This document shows positions 23,180-33,359 of a stretch of DNA of 64,000 nucleotides, in pieces. The stretch covers positions 110 to 64,109 of the forward strand of contig JBEANR010000127.1 in assembly GCA_041165365.1 (NCBI GenBank), in the 5' to 3' direction. The number at the start of each line of letters is the position of its first letter. The stretch's first letter is position 1. Both the position numbers and the translations under genes were made by a program. Origin of the DNA: Actinomycetota bacterium. GTDB lineage: Bacteria; Actinomycetota; Actinomycetes; Actinomycetales; Microbacteriaceae. The notes under the pieces were generated by a model. That model had not been told where the DNA came from, made no database searches, and worked only from the letters and a program-made list of their open reading frames with translations.

Positions 23180-24035
23180 TGGCATCCGCCCTCGCCGCCG
23201 TCACGCTGATGCCGATGCTCGCGACGGAGACGAGCACCAGGGCGGTGATCTCGGGCCAGGAGAGCGTCTGACCGAGGAGGACGAGTCCGGCGAGGGCGGC
23301 GGCGGCCGGGCCGAGGCTCTGCAGGATGCCGAACACCCGCGTCGGCATCCGGCGCAGCGCCTTCAATTCCAGGGTGTACGGCAAGGCTGACGACATGACG
23401 GCGACGAGTACGAACACGAGCAGGATGTCGGGTCGGGGGAGCGCCATCACGGCCCCGCCGAGCCCGAGAGGCACCGAGGCGAGCATCGCTACGACCATCG
23501 ACACCGCCAGACCGCTCGAATCCGTCATCCGTCGTCCGAGGTTGGCGGTCGCGAGGATGTAGGCGGCCCAGCACACCGCGGCACCGACGGCGAAGGCGAT
23601 ACCGATGGGCGAGAGCGCGCCCGTGGCCTGCGCACCGATCAGGGCGACTCCACCGAGGGCGAGAGCGGCCCATACCGCGTCGATCCATCGCCTGATGTGC
23701 ACGAGGGCGAGGACGAGGGGCCCGAGGAACTCGATCGTGATCGCCACGCCGAGGGGGATGTAGTCGAGCGACAGGTAGATGAGCTGGTTCATGCCGCCGA
23801 GCGCGAGGCCGAGGAACACCACGGCGAACCATTCGTGTCTGGACCAGCGCCACACCCTCGGGCGGAGCACGGCGCAGAGGATCACCGACGCGAAGACGAG
23901 CCTCAGCAGGGTCGCGCCGACCGGTCCGACCACGTCGAACTGCAGGGCGGCGATCGCGGCACCCGACTGCAGCGAGACGATCCCGACGGTCACGAGCACG
24001 GCGGGCGGGAGCCTGTCGATCGGAGTGGGACGCAC
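23145..24035 (-). CDS. EamA/RhtA family transporter
   Basis: SLQSGAAIA, LLRLVFA, IPLGVAITIEFLGPL, LSSALPYTLE-like; probable GTG start 24035 (ATG 24089 alternative); overlaps dnaE 3' end convergently. Confidence 0.88.
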   Translation of the reverse strand: MRPTPIDRLPPAVLVTVGIVSLQSGAAIAALQFDVVGPVGATLLRLVFASVILCAVLRPRVWRWSRHEWFAVVFLGLALGGMNQLIYLSLDYIPLGVAITIEFLGPLVLALVHIRRWIDAVWAALALGGVALIGAQATGALSPIGIAFAVGAAVCWAAYILATANLGRRMTDSSGLAVSMVVAMLASVPLGLGGAVMALPRPDILLVFVLVAVMSSALPYTLELKALRRMPTRVFGILQSLGPAAAALAGLVLLGQTLSWPEITALVLVSVASIGISVTAARADATTAGSSGRAAI

Positions 24036-24104
24036 GACAGCCGACACTACGACAGGCGGCGTGGCGACGGTGACCGCCGAGGTCCGCATTACGCTGGAGA
24101 CGCC

Positions 24105-25415
24105 ATGATCCAGACCATCGATCTGCGCGGTCGCCACCTCGGCCCCGCCGCCCTCCTCGACGCCGTACCGCGGTCCGCCTCCGATGTCGCCGACGCGACG
24201 GATGCGGCGGCCGCCCTCATCGAAGCGGTGAGACAGCACGGCGAGACGGCCCTCCTCGACCAGGCCGAGAGGTTCGACGGGGTGAGGCCCGCGAGGGTCA
24301 GGGTGCACTCCGACGAGATCGCCGCTGCGATGGAAGCCCTCGACCCCGGGGTGCGCGCCGCCCTCGAGGAGTCCATCGTGAGGGTGCGTGCGGCCTCCGA
24401 GGCGCAGGTGCCGCGCTCGTCGGTGACGACCCTCGCCGCCGGCGCCGAGGTGATCCAGCGGTGGACCCCGGTCGGTCGCGTAGGGCTCTACGTGCCCGGC
24501 GGTCAAGCCGTCTACCCGTCGAGCGTCGTGATGAACGTCGTGCCCGCCCAGGTCGCCGGTGTCTCGTCCATCGCCCTCTGCTCGCCGCCGCAGAAGGAGT
24601 TCGGTGGGGCCGTGCACCCCGTCATCCTGGGGGCGGCGGGCCTGCTCGGTGTCGACGAGGTCTACGCGATGGGCGGTGCGGGCGCGATCGGAGCCTTCGC
24701 CTACGGGGTGCCCGACCTGTCGCTCGACCCTGTTCAGCTGATCACAGGGCCGGGCAACCGTTTCGTCGCGGCGGCGAAGCGACTGGTGAAAGGGGTGACC
24801 GGCATCGACTCGGAAGCCGGTCCCACCGAGATCCTGGTCATCGCGGACGCCACGGCCGACGGGTCGCTGATCGCGAGGGACCTGATCAGCCAGGCCGAAC
24901 ACGACGAGCTCGCGGCATCCGTGCTCGTCACCGACTCCGACGAGCTCGCCGACAGGGTGCGCGACGAGGTGTCGATGGTCGCACCCACCGCCCGTCGCGC
25001 GCGACAGGTCACGACCTCGCTCTCCGGGCCGCAGTCGGCGATCGTGCTCGTCGACGATCTGGGCGTGGCCGCCGAGTTCAGCAACGCCTACGGCCCCGAG
25101 CACCTCGAGATCCAGACCGCCGAACCCGAGGCCGTGCTCGAATCGATCGTGAACGCCGGTGCGGTGTTCCTCGGCGCCTACTCGCCGGTCAGCCTCGGCG
25201 ACTACCTCGCCGGATCGAACCACGTGCTGCCGACGGGCGGCCAGGCGAGGTTCTCGTCCGGCCTCGGCGCCTACACGTTCCTCAGGCCCCAACAGGTGGT
25301 GCGGTACTCGCGCGACGCGCTCCGCGAGGTGGCCGATCACGTCGTCGCCCTGTCGTCGGCCGAGCAGCTGCCCGCCCACGGCGAGGCCGTGACCGCGCGG
25401 TTCGCCGACGACTGA
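24105..25415 (+). CDS. hisD: Histidinol dehydrogenase
   Basis: [49 protein letters not shown]. Confidence 0.97.
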   Translation: MIQTIDLRGRHLGPAALLDAVPRSASDVADATDAAAALIEAVRQHGETALLDQAERFDGVRPARVRVHSDEIAAAMEALDPGVRAALEESIVRVRAASEAQVPRSSVTTLAAGAEVIQRWTPVGRVGLYVPGGQAVYPSSVVMNVVPAQVAGVSSIALCSPPQKEFGGAVHPVILGAAGLLGVDEVYAMGGAGAIGAFAYGVPDLSLDPVQLITGPGNRFVAAAKRLVKGVTGIDSEAGPTEILVIADATADGSLIARDLISQAEHDELAASVLVTDSDELADRVRDEVSMVAPTARRARQVTTSLSGPQSAIVLVDDLGVAAEFSNAYGPEHLEIQTAEPEAVLESIVNAGAVFLGAYSPVSLGDYLAGSNHVLPTGGQARFSSGLGAYTFLRPQQVVRYSRDALREVADHVVALSSAEQLPAHGEAVTARFADD

Positions 25416-25492
25416 CGGCACCGATCGCGCTCGCGGTCATCCGGCCCCGCCTCACCGGGTCGCCGCTCGACGCCGCGTATCCTGGGCGCACC

Positions 25493-25972
25493 ATGTTCTG
25501 CCCCTTCTGCCGTCATCCGGATTCCCGCGTCGTCGACTCGAGGACCAGCGACGACGGACTCTCGATCCGTCGTCGTCGCCAGTGCCCGGAGTGCGGACGA
25601 CGTTTCACCACGACGGAGACCGCGAGTCTCAACGTGGTCAAGCGCAGCGGGGTGGTCGAGCCCTTCAGCCGCGAGAAGATCGTCACGGGCGTGCGCAAAG
25701 CCTGCCAGGGCAGGCCCGTGACCGACATCGATCTCGCGGTGCTGGCGCAGAAGGTCGAGGAGTCCATCAGGGCCACCGGGGCGTCTCAGATCGACGCGAA
25801 CGACATCGGGCTCGCCATCCTCGCCCCTCTGCGCGATCTCGACGAGGTCGCGTACCTGAGATTCGCGAGCGTCTACCAGGGCTTCGACTCGCTCGACGAC
25901 TTCGAGGAGGCGATCTCCGCCCTGCGGGTCGAGCACTCGCCCGCCGAGCTCCCGGCCGACCGCCCGGTCTGA
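25493..25972 (+). CDS. nrdR: Transcriptional repressor NrdR
   Basis: [34 protein letters not shown]-cone [11 protein letters not shown]. Confidence 0.97.
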   Translation: MFCPFCRHPDSRVVDSRTSDDGLSIRRRRQCPECGRRFTTTETASLNVVKRSGVVEPFSREKIVTGVRKACQGRPVTDIDLAVLAQKVEESIRATGASQIDANDIGLAILAPLRDLDEVAYLRFASVYQGFDSLDDFEEAISALRVEHSPAELPADRPV

Positions 25973-26057
25973 TCGATCGACTCCGACGACGTGCCTTCCC
26001 GCACGAGCCTCGATTCCCGCGAGCGTCGTCGCCGGCACCGGATAGCCTGAGCGCGGC

Positions 26058-27122
26058 ATGTATCCCCTCCTGTTCTCCCTCGTCCTGAGCCGCCTCGATC
26101 CGGAGGCCGCGCACTCCCTCGCGTTCCGGGTCATCCGGTGGTTCCCCGCGGTCGGCCTGGGGGCGGTGATATCGAGGATCACCAGACCCGACCCGGGTCT
26201 GGCGACCCGCACTCTGGGCCTGCGGTTCGCGTCGCCGTTCGGTGTCGCCGCCGGCTTCGACAAAGACGGAGAGGCAGTGCGCGGCCTCGGTGCCCTCGGG
26301 TTCGGACACATCGAGGTAGGTACGGTCACGGCCCGCCCGCAGCCGGGCAATCCGAGACCGCGGCTGTTCAGACTCATCGCAGATCGCGCGGTGATCAACC
26401 GCATGGGCTTCAACAACCACGGGGCCGCGGCCGTCGCCCCGCGGCTGCGCCGCGAGCGCGCGAGGGCCGGTAGGCCGGTGATCGGCGTGAACATCGGCAA
26501 GTCGCGGAGCGTGGAGGTGGATGCCGCGATCACCGACTACGAGGAGAGCACGCGACTGCTCGCCCCGGTGGCCGACTATCTCGTGGTCAACGTGAGCTCG
26601 CCGAACACGCCCGGGCTACGGGGTCTGCAGGAGCTCGACCGCCTGGCTCCCTTGCTTCGCGCGGTGCTGGCGGTCGCGGCATCCACTCCGGTGCTGGTGA
26701 AGATCGCCCCTGATCTCTCCGACGAGCAGATCTCGCGGCTGTGCGCACTCGTCGTCGAACTCGGTCTCGACGGCGTCATCGCGACGAACACGACACTCTC
26801 GAGGGAGGGCCTGAACACCCCGCCCGAGATCGTCGAGGGGGCGGGGGCTGGAGGGCTGTCCGGTGCCCCCCTCGCCGCGCGCTCGCTCGCGGTCTTGAGG
26901 CTGATCCGATCGGTCGTGCCCCCTGAGCTCTGCGTCATCTCGGTCGGGGGAGTGGACACCGCCGCCGATGTCGCCGAGCGGCTCGCCGCGGGTGCGACCC
27001 TCGTGCAGGGCTACACGGCGTTCCTCTACCGCGGTCCGTTCTGGGCCAGGCAGATCAACCGTGGGCTCATCGACCGCGGACTTGCCGAGCTCGGCAAGGC
27101 GACACCGGCCGACCTCAACTGA
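26058..27122 (+). CDS. pyrD: Quinone-dependent dihydroorotate dehydrogenase
   Basis: AAGFDK, NRMGFNN, NVSSPNTPGLR, KIAPD, GGLSG, SVGG. Confidence 0.97.
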   Translation: MYPLLFSLVLSRLDPEAAHSLAFRVIRWFPAVGLGAVISRITRPDPGLATRTLGLRFASPFGVAAGFDKDGEAVRGLGALGFGHIEVGTVTARPQPGNPRPRLFRLIADRAVINRMGFNNHGAAAVAPRLRRERARAGRPVIGVNIGKSRSVEVDAAITDYEESTRLLAPVADYLVVNVSSPNTPGLRGLQELDRLAPLLRAVLAVAASTPVLVKIAPDLSDEQISRLCALVVELGLDGVIATNTTLSREGLNTPPEIVEGAGAGGLSGAPLAARSLAVLRLIRSVVPPELCVISVGGVDTAADVAERLAAGATLVQGYTAFLYRGPFWARQINRGLIDRGLAELGKATPADLN

Positions 27123-27151
27123 CAGAACAGGCGGTGGAATGGCGCCCCGGC

Positions 27152-27754
27152 TCAGGACGGGTACTGGCGCCGTTTGACCTGGGGCTTCGGCAGCCTCATC
27201 GGGCGCAACTGCAGAGCCCTCATCGCGGCGTACCACCGGGTGCCGGACTGTACGGCGTCATCACCGAACTTGGCGCGGATCTTGCGCTTGACGATGAAGC
27301 CGAGCAGCACGCAGTCCCCGATGGCGAGCACGAAGAACGCCCAGAGTACAAGCAGCGAGTAGACCTCGAAACCGGGAACGACGGTGCCGAGGATCACCAC
27401 GAACATCAGCGGGATCATCGCCTCGCCGACATTGAAGCGCGCGTCGATGTAGTCGCGCACGAACCGACGCTGGGGGCCGCGATCGCGAACGGGGAGGTAC
27501 TTCTCCTCGCCGGCGGCCATGCCGAGCCTCGCCTTCTCCCTCGCCTCGGCCATCTTCGCGCGCGACGCGCGGTTCGCCGCCTTGCGATCGTTCGTGACGA
27601 GGGGGCGGATGTTGGCGGCCTCCCGCTCGCGTCGGGTGGGGGTGGCGTGCCCCTTGCCCACGGTGCCGTCGGCGGAGGCACCGGCGCCGGTCTCCACGCC
27701 CTTCGGTTGCCCGGAGTTCTTCAGCGGGATGTTGCTGGTGGGGGGCTTCGCCAT
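27152..27754 (-). CDS. DUF3043 family membrane protein
   Basis: KGHATPTRRE, RDRGPQRRFVRDYIDAR, YAAMRALQLRPMRLPKP; usual neighbour of the dipeptidase. Confidence 0.85.
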   Translation of the reverse strand: MAKPPTSNIPLKNSGQPKGVETGAGASADGTVGKGHATPTRREREAANIRPLVTNDRKAANRASRAKMAEAREKARLGMAAGEEKYLPVRDRGPQRRFVRDYIDARFNVGEAMIPLMFVVILGTVVPGFEVYSLLVLWAFFVLAIGDCVLLGFIVKRKIRAKFGDDAVQSGTRWYAAMRALQLRPMRLPKPQVKRRQYPS

Positions 27755-27795
27755 GACGGATCCTTCGCTTCGCGAGTCCCTTTAAGATTACCTCC

Positions 27796-29202
27796 ATGAC
27801 GTCAGCCCCGCTCATGCGTCCGCACCTCGTGCAGAGTCTCGCCGACCAGGTGCGACTCGGACTGCCGTCCACGATCGCCGATCTCTGCGCTCTCGTGCGC
27901 ATCCCCTCGGTCTCGTGGGACGCCTTCGACCCCGCCCGGGTCGCCGAGAGCGCCGACGCGGTCGCCGCTCTGGTGCGGGGGCTCGGGGTGTTCGACAGAG
28001 TCGAGATCTCGCAGGCCCCCCAGCCGTCCGGCGCCGGCCTCGGTCAGCCCGCGGTGCTCGCCACCCGAGCTGCTCGACGGGGTAGGCCGACGGTCATGCT
28101 CTACGCGCACCACGATGTCCAGCCTCCCGGCCTGGACGCCGACTGGACCTCCCCACCCTTCGAGCCGACCGTGCGCGGCGAGAGGCTCTACGGCAGGGGC
28201 GCCGCCGACGACAAGGCAGGGGTGATGACCCACCTCGGTGCGATCCGAGCCCTCACCGAGGTCGTCGGATCCGACTTCGACCTCGGGCTCGTGCTCTTCA
28301 TCGAGGGGGAGGAGGAGTTCGGATCGCGATCGTTCTCCGCGTTCCTCGATCAGCATCGAGCCGAGCTCGAGGCCGACGTCATCGCCGTCGCCGACTCCGT
28401 CAACTGGACGACGGACATCCCGGCGTTGACCGTGGGTCTGCGGGGCAATGTCACCCTCGCGCTGACGGTCTCGACTCTGTCGCACGCCTCGCACTCCGGG
28501 ATGTTCGGCGGTGCCGTCCCCGATGCGATGCTCGCCACCATCCGACTGCTCTCGACCTTGCACGCGGACGACGGATCGGTCGCGGTCGCTGGACTCATGG
28601 GTCGGGAATCGGCGACACCCGATTACGACGAGGCGCAGTTGCGGGAGGAGGCCGGGCTGCTCGACGGGGTGACTCCGATCGGTGACGGCAGCATCCTCGG
28701 ACGCATCTGGTCGAAGCCCGCCATCACCGTCACCGGTATCGACGCGCCGACGGTGGCCACGGCGTCCAACACCCTCACCCCGAGCGTGAGGGTGAAGATC
28801 AGCGCGCGGGTGGCTCCCGGGCAGTCCGCCGCGTCGGCCAGGGTCGCGCTTGAGGAACATCTGGTCGGTCACGCTCCGTTCGGCGCTCACGTCTCGATCA
28901 GTGACGTCGACGAGGGCGACCCCTTCCTCGTCGACACCTCGGGGTGGGCGGTCGCCGAGGCGAAGCAGGCGATGACGGATGCCTGGGGCGCCGACCCGAT
29001 CGACCTCGGCATCGGGGGGTCGATCCCCTTCATCTCCGACCTCGTCGCGGCCTTCCCTGCCGCGCAGATCCTGGTGACCGGTGTCGAGGACCCGGACTCG
29101 AGAGCTCACAGCCCCGACGAATCCCTGCATCTCGGGGTCTTCCGGCGCGCGATCCTCACCGAGGCGCTGCTGCTGGCTCGCCTCGATGAACGCGCCGGAT
29201 GA
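27796..29202 (+). CDS. M20/M25/M40 family dipeptidase
   Basis: YAHHDVQP, GRGAADDKAG, EGEEE, GGSIPF, AHSPDE. Confidence 0.92.
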   Translation: MTSAPLMRPHLVQSLADQVRLGLPSTIADLCALVRIPSVSWDAFDPARVAESADAVAALVRGLGVFDRVEISQAPQPSGAGLGQPAVLATRAARRGRPTVMLYAHHDVQPPGLDADWTSPPFEPTVRGERLYGRGAADDKAGVMTHLGAIRALTEVVGSDFDLGLVLFIEGEEEFGSRSFSAFLDQHRAELEADVIAVADSVNWTTDIPALTVGLRGNVTLALTVSTLSHASHSGMFGGAVPDAMLATIRLLSTLHADDGSVAVAGLMGRESATPDYDEAQLREEAGLLDGVTPIGDGSILGRIWSKPAITVTGIDAPTVATASNTLTPSVRVKISARVAPGQSAASARVALEEHLVGHAPFGAHVSISDVDEGDPFLVDTSGWAVAEAKQAMTDAWGADPIDLGIGGSIPFISDLVAAFPAAQILVTGVEDPDSRAHSPDESLHLGVFRRAILTEALLLARLDERAG

Positions 29203-29275
29203 CAGGCGCGGGAAGTATTCCGGGGCTGTGGTGTTTACACTGGTGCAGCATCATCCCCGAGCCGAAGGGTGTGTC

Positions 29276-29665
29276 ATGACCGACACGACACTGACCACCG
29301 ATACGACGCCGACCGAGACCTCGTCGGCGGTGGCGCCCGCCCATGGGGTCACCCTGAGTGACCCCGCCGCCGAGAAGGTGCGCAGTCTCTACCTCCAAGA
29401 GGGTCGCGACGACCTCCGACTGAGGGTGGCAGTGCAGCCGGGCGGATGCTCCGGGCTCATCTATCAGCTCTACTTCGACGAGCGTCTGCTCGACGGTGAC
29501 GCCACCGTCGACTTCGACGGCGTCGAGGTGGTCGTCGACAAGATGAGCGTTCCCTACCTCGACGGTGCCAGCATCGACTTCGAGGACACCATCCAGAAGC
29601 AGGGTTTCACCATCGACAATCCGAATGCCTCGGGAAGCTGCGCGTGCGGGGATTCGTTCCACTGA
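29276..29665 (+). CDS. erpA: HesB/IscA/ErpA Fe-S cluster insertion protein
   Basis: GGCSG, IDNPNASGSCACGDSF. Confidence 0.92.
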   Translation: MTDTTLTTDTTPTETSSAVAPAHGVTLSDPAAEKVRSLYLQEGRDDLRLRVAVQPGGCSGLIYQLYFDERLLDGDATVDFDGVEVVVDKMSVPYLDGASIDFEDTIQKQGFTIDNPNASGSCACGDSFH

Positions 29666-29721
29666 TCGGCTGACGAACGGCCGCCGTTCAGCCCGTGTCC
29701 AGGCTGACGGATCCGAGGGGA

Positions 29722-29747
29722 GGAGTCGCTCATGCGGCTCCTTTTTT
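29722..29747 (+). terminator. Intrinsic terminator after iscA/erpA
   Basis: GGAGTCGC-TCAT-GCGGCTCC followed by TTTTTT. Confidence 0.8.
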
Positions 29748-29858
29748 CGTGCCGGAAACAGCCGGGGCCGTCGGCTCCCCGTGCAGGATCGCCATAGACT
29801 GAGAGGAATACTGCGACCGATGTCGGGTCGCGGTCGACGACTCCTCGAAAGGGCCCTG

Positions 29859-30734
29859 GTGCGCTCCAACCGCCGTCTCCGCCTGGCTGCGATCCCGATC
29901 GCCATCACGATGGTGTTCGTCCTCGCCGGCTGCACGCAGGCTCAACTCCGGGGTTTCCTCCCCGGTGAGCCCGGCATCACGAACAACACCGACCGGGTCG
30001 CCGGACTCTGGGTGACCTCGTGGATCGTGCTGCTCGTGGTCGGGCTGGTGACCTGGGGGCTCATCATCTGGGCCGCCGTGGCGTTCCGCCGTCGTCGCGG
30101 CCAGACCGGGCTCCCGGTGCAGTTGCGCTACAACCTGCCGATCGAGATCTTCTACACGATCGTGCCCCTCATCCTCGTGCTCGGCTTCTTCGCCTTCACG
30201 GCCCGCGACCAGGCGGTCATCGAGACGCGCACCGAGGATCCGGATGTCTCGATCAGCGTCTTCGGCAAGCGCTGGGCGTGGGACTTCAACTACTTGAACG
30301 AGGGCCCGGGCGGCGAGGGCGTGTACTCGCCCGGCATCCAGGCGCAGCAGCTAGACGCGGAGCAGACCGTCGACTACGACAAGCTCCCGGTGCTCTACCT
30401 CCCGGTCGACCGGACCGTCGAGATCGAGATCGAGTCACGAGACGTGCTGCATTCGTTCTGGGTGGTGGACTTCCTCTACAAGAAGGACATGATCCCCGGC
30501 AAGACCAACTACATGTACTTCACCCCGCTGAAGACTGGCACCTACATCGGCAAATGCGCCGAGCTGTGCGGGGAATACCACTCGCTCATGCTCTTCCAGG
30601 TGAAGGTGGTCGAGCAGGACGAGTACGACGCGTACATCCAGTCCCTCGCCGATCTCGGTCAGACCGGCATCCTGGGCAGCGAGTTCAACGTGAATCAGAA
30701 CCAGCCAGGCACCGAAGCCATCGAGCGCGACTAG
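29859..30734 (+). CDS. ctaC: Cytochrome c oxidase subunit II
   Basis: GTG after GAAAGGG; lipobox LAGC; [19 protein letters not shown] CuA motif. Confidence 0.95.
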   Translation: MRSNRRLRLAAIPIAITMVFVLAGCTQAQLRGFLPGEPGITNNTDRVAGLWVTSWIVLLVVGLVTWGLIIWAAVAFRRRRGQTGLPVQLRYNLPIEIFYTIVPLILVLGFFAFTARDQAVIETRTEDPDVSISVFGKRWAWDFNYLNEGPGGEGVYSPGIQAQQLDAEQTVDYDKLPVLYLPVDRTVEIEIESRDVLHSFWVVDFLYKKDMIPGKTNYMYFTPLKTGTYIGKCAELCGEYHSLMLFQVKVVEQDEYDAYIQSLADLGQTGILGSEFNVNQNQPGTEAIERD

Positions 30735-30745
30735 GGGTCAGCGAC

Positions 30746-32500
30746 ATGAGTACAGCGACAGCACCCGCACCGTCCACCGTCACCACAGGCGGCGCCTCCA
30801 CGGGCCAGGACTTCGGGGCATCCAGGGTCGGACCGAAGGGCAACATCTTCGTCAACTGGCTGACCTCGACCGATCACAAGACCATCGGGTACATGTACCT
30901 GATCACGTCGTTCCTCTACTTCTGCCTCGGTGGCGTGATGGCGCTCGTGATCCGCGCGCAGCTGTTCGCCCCCGGCCTCGACCTCGTGCCGACGAAGGAG
31001 CAATACAACCAGCTCTTCACGATGCACGGAACGATCATGCTGCTCATGTTCGCGACGCCGCTGTTCATCGGGTTCGGCAACGTGCTCATGCCGTTGCAGA
31101 TCGGTGCACCGGATGTCGCGTTCCCCCGTCTGAACATGTTCTCGTATTGGCTGTTCAGCTTCGGGTCGCTCATCGCGGTGGGCGGATTCCTCACCCCGCA
31201 GGGCGCAGCGTCGTTCGGCTGGTTCGCCTACACGCCGCTGTCGACCACGACCTTCTCGCCCGGCATCGGGGGCAACCTCTGGGTGCTCGGCCTGGGGCTC
31301 AGCGGGTTCGGAACGATCCTCGGTGGCGTCAACTTCATCACCACGATCATCACGATGCGTGCGCCCGGCATGACGATGTTCCGCATGCCGATCTTCACCT
31401 GGAACATCCTGGTGACCTCGATCCTCGTCATCATGGCGTTCCCGGTGCTCGCCGCAGCACTCTTCGCCCTCGCGGCCGACCGCATCGTGGGTGCGCAGCT
31501 CTACAACCCCGAGGCCGGGGGAGCGATCCTCTGGCAGCACCTGTTCTGGTTCTTCGGGCATCCGGAGGTCTACATCATCGCTCTGCCCTTCTTCGGCATC
31601 ATCTCCGAGGTGCTGCCGGTGTTCAGCCGCAAACCGATCTTCGGATACAAGACGCTCATCTACGCGACGATCGCGATCGCGGCCCTGTCGATCACCGTGT
31701 GGGCTCACCACATGTACGTGACCGGGTCTGTCCTGCTTCCGTTCTTCGCGTTGATGACCATGCTGATCGCCGTGCCCACCGGGGTGAAGATCTTCAACTG
31801 GGTCGGCACCATGTGGCGCGGATCGGTGACCTTCGAGACGCCGATGATGTGGGCGATCGGGTTCCTGATCACCTTCGTCTTCGGCGGACTCACCGGCGTC
31901 ATCCTCGCGAGCCCCCCGCTCGATTTCGCCGTCTCCGACACGTATTTCGTGGTCGCGCACTTCCACTACGTGGTCTTCGGCACCGTGGTGTTCGCGATGT
32001 TCGCGGGCTTCTATTTCTGGTGGCCGAAGTGGACCGGCAAGATGCTCGACGAGCGCCTCGGCAAGATCCACTTCTGGCTGCTGTTCGTCGGGTTCCACAT
32101 GACGTTCCTCATCCAGCACTGGCTCGGGGTCATCGGGTTCACCCGTCGCTACGCCACCTATCAGCCCGAGGACGGCTACACCTGGATGAACCAGTTGTCG
32201 ACCGTCGGTGCCATGGTGCTCGGTGCGTCGATGCTGCCCTTCCTGTACAACGTGTGGATCACCGCACGTCGCGCTCCGAAGGTCACGGTGAACGACCCGT
32301 GGGGATACGGCCGGTCACTCGAGTGGGCGACATCCTGCCCCCCGCCCCGCCACAACTTCACGTCGATCCCGCGCATCCGTTCGGAGTCGCCGGCGTTCGA
32401 CCTGGCCCACCCCGAGGCGGGTGTGCCGGTGGGGATCGGACCGCTGAAGGATGCCCCGGACGCCCCCGTCTACGACATGTCGGACGAGAAGGTCAAGTAG
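30746..32500 (+). CDS. ctaD: Cytochrome c oxidase subunit I
   Basis: [34 protein letters not shown]. Confidence 0.98.
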   Translation: MSTATAPAPSTVTTGGASTGQDFGASRVGPKGNIFVNWLTSTDHKTIGYMYLITSFLYFCLGGVMALVIRAQLFAPGLDLVPTKEQYNQLFTMHGTIMLLMFATPLFIGFGNVLMPLQIGAPDVAFPRLNMFSYWLFSFGSLIAVGGFLTPQGAASFGWFAYTPLSTTTFSPGIGGNLWVLGLGLSGFGTILGGVNFITTIITMRAPGMTMFRMPIFTWNILVTSILVIMAFPVLAAALFALAADRIVGAQLYNPEAGGAILWQHLFWFFGHPEVYIIALPFFGIISEVLPVFSRKPIFGYKTLIYATIAIAALSITVWAHHMYVTGSVLLPFFALMTMLIAVPTGVKIFNWVGTMWRGSVTFETPMMWAIGFLITFVFGGLTGVILASPPLDFAVSDTYFVVAHFHYVVFGTVVFAMFAGFYFWWPKWTGKMLDERLGKIHFWLLFVGFHMTFLIQHWLGVIGFTRRYATYQPEDGYTWMNQLSTVGAMVLGASMLPFLYNVWITARRAPKVTVNDPWGYGRSLEWATSCPPPRHNFTSIPRIRSESPAFDLAHPEAGVPVGIGPLKDAPDAPVYDMSDEKVK

Positions 32501-32503
32501 CCG

Positions 32504-32929
32504 ATGAACGCCACAGCGCGGCTCTTCTACATCCTCACCGCCTTCTTCGGCGTTCTCGCTGTCGTCTACCTGATCTGGAGCCTGAACGACCCTCTGCACC
32601 CGCAGGAGGTCGAATGGGTGGGCACCCTCGGCATCGCGCTGTGCGGCCTGCTGTCGTTGCTCATCGCCTTCTACGTCGGTCGCATCCATGCCGCGCAGGG
32701 CGGCGAGCTGCCTGAAGACCGCCTCGATGCCAACATCGACGACGGCGACGCCGAGCAGGGCTTCTTCAGCCCGTGGAGCTGGTGGCCCGTGGTGCTCGCC
32801 GGGGGATGCGCGCTGCTCTTCCTCGGAGTCGCCGCCGGCATCTGGATCGTCTACATCGGACTCGGTCTCACCGCCGTCGCGCTCGTGGGCTGGACCTTCG
32901 AGTACTACCGCGGCAACTTCGGGCGGTAG
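32504..32929 (+). CDS. ctaF: Cytochrome c oxidase subunit IV
   Basis: LPEDRLDANIDDGDAEQGFFSPWSWWP, FEYYRG. Confidence 0.93.
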   Translation: MNATARLFYILTAFFGVLAVVYLIWSLNDPLHPQEVEWVGTLGIALCGLLSLLIAFYVGRIHAAQGGELPEDRLDANIDDGDAEQGFFSPWSWWPVVLAGGCALLFLGVAAGIWIVYIGLGLTAVALVGWTFEYYRGNFGR

Positions 32930-32941
32930 ACAGCGCCACAC

Positions 32942-32956
32942 AGGCCCGAAGGGCCT
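32942..32956 (+). terminator. Hairpin after ctaF, possible terminator
   Basis: AGGCCC-GAA-GGGCCT 12 nt after the stop; no U-tract. Confidence 0.45.
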
Positions 32957-33359
32957 CCACATGTTCTGGGGTGGATCGTCCTTGTGATTTCGCGTGTGCG
33001 TCCCCGCGTGCGTCCCCGTGTGCCCTCAAGGGCAAGTGATCGCCCCGAGAGGTGGTTGTTCGAACACCTGCGGCGCGCAGAGGACCTCCACTGAGGATGG
33101 TGGGCTTCGGGTCGGCGCCCAACGTCACGTCGAGCGGTGAGCGCGAGTCGTTCGACCCGGGATTCTCGTACGCTCTCGAGCGCGGCGTCCGCAAGAGGCG
33201 GAGCAAGTTCTATCCGGGGTGACGCCTGCGGGGAATCCCCATGGTGAATCCCACCGGACGACGTCTCTGAGAGACGCTGAACTACGGGCCACGATCACCA
33301 CCCAATCTGCGATGAGTGCGGCAACGGGATTGCTGGCTGGCCGGTTGAGCAGCCGGTCG

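Noticed and set aside
33057-33066. TGTTCGAACA as a LexA box
   Set aside because: The actinobacterial SOS box is TCGAAC-N4-GTTCGA; here the half-sites overlap in the wrong arrangement and no gene start follows.
32868-33206. 112-aa minus-strand ORF in the ctaF-qcrB spacer, and an EAHH...CSNNH stretch in another minus frame suggesting an HNH remnant
   Set aside because: Arg/Ser-rich with no RBS, overlaps ctaF; the HNH resemblance lacks the expected spacing and flanking Cys motifs.
33225-33280. Resemblance to FMN, c-di-AMP or M-box riboswitch fragments (GGTGAATCCCACCGG, GAGAGACG)
   Set aside because: Other conserved core elements are absent and the region is 3' of both neighbouring operons.
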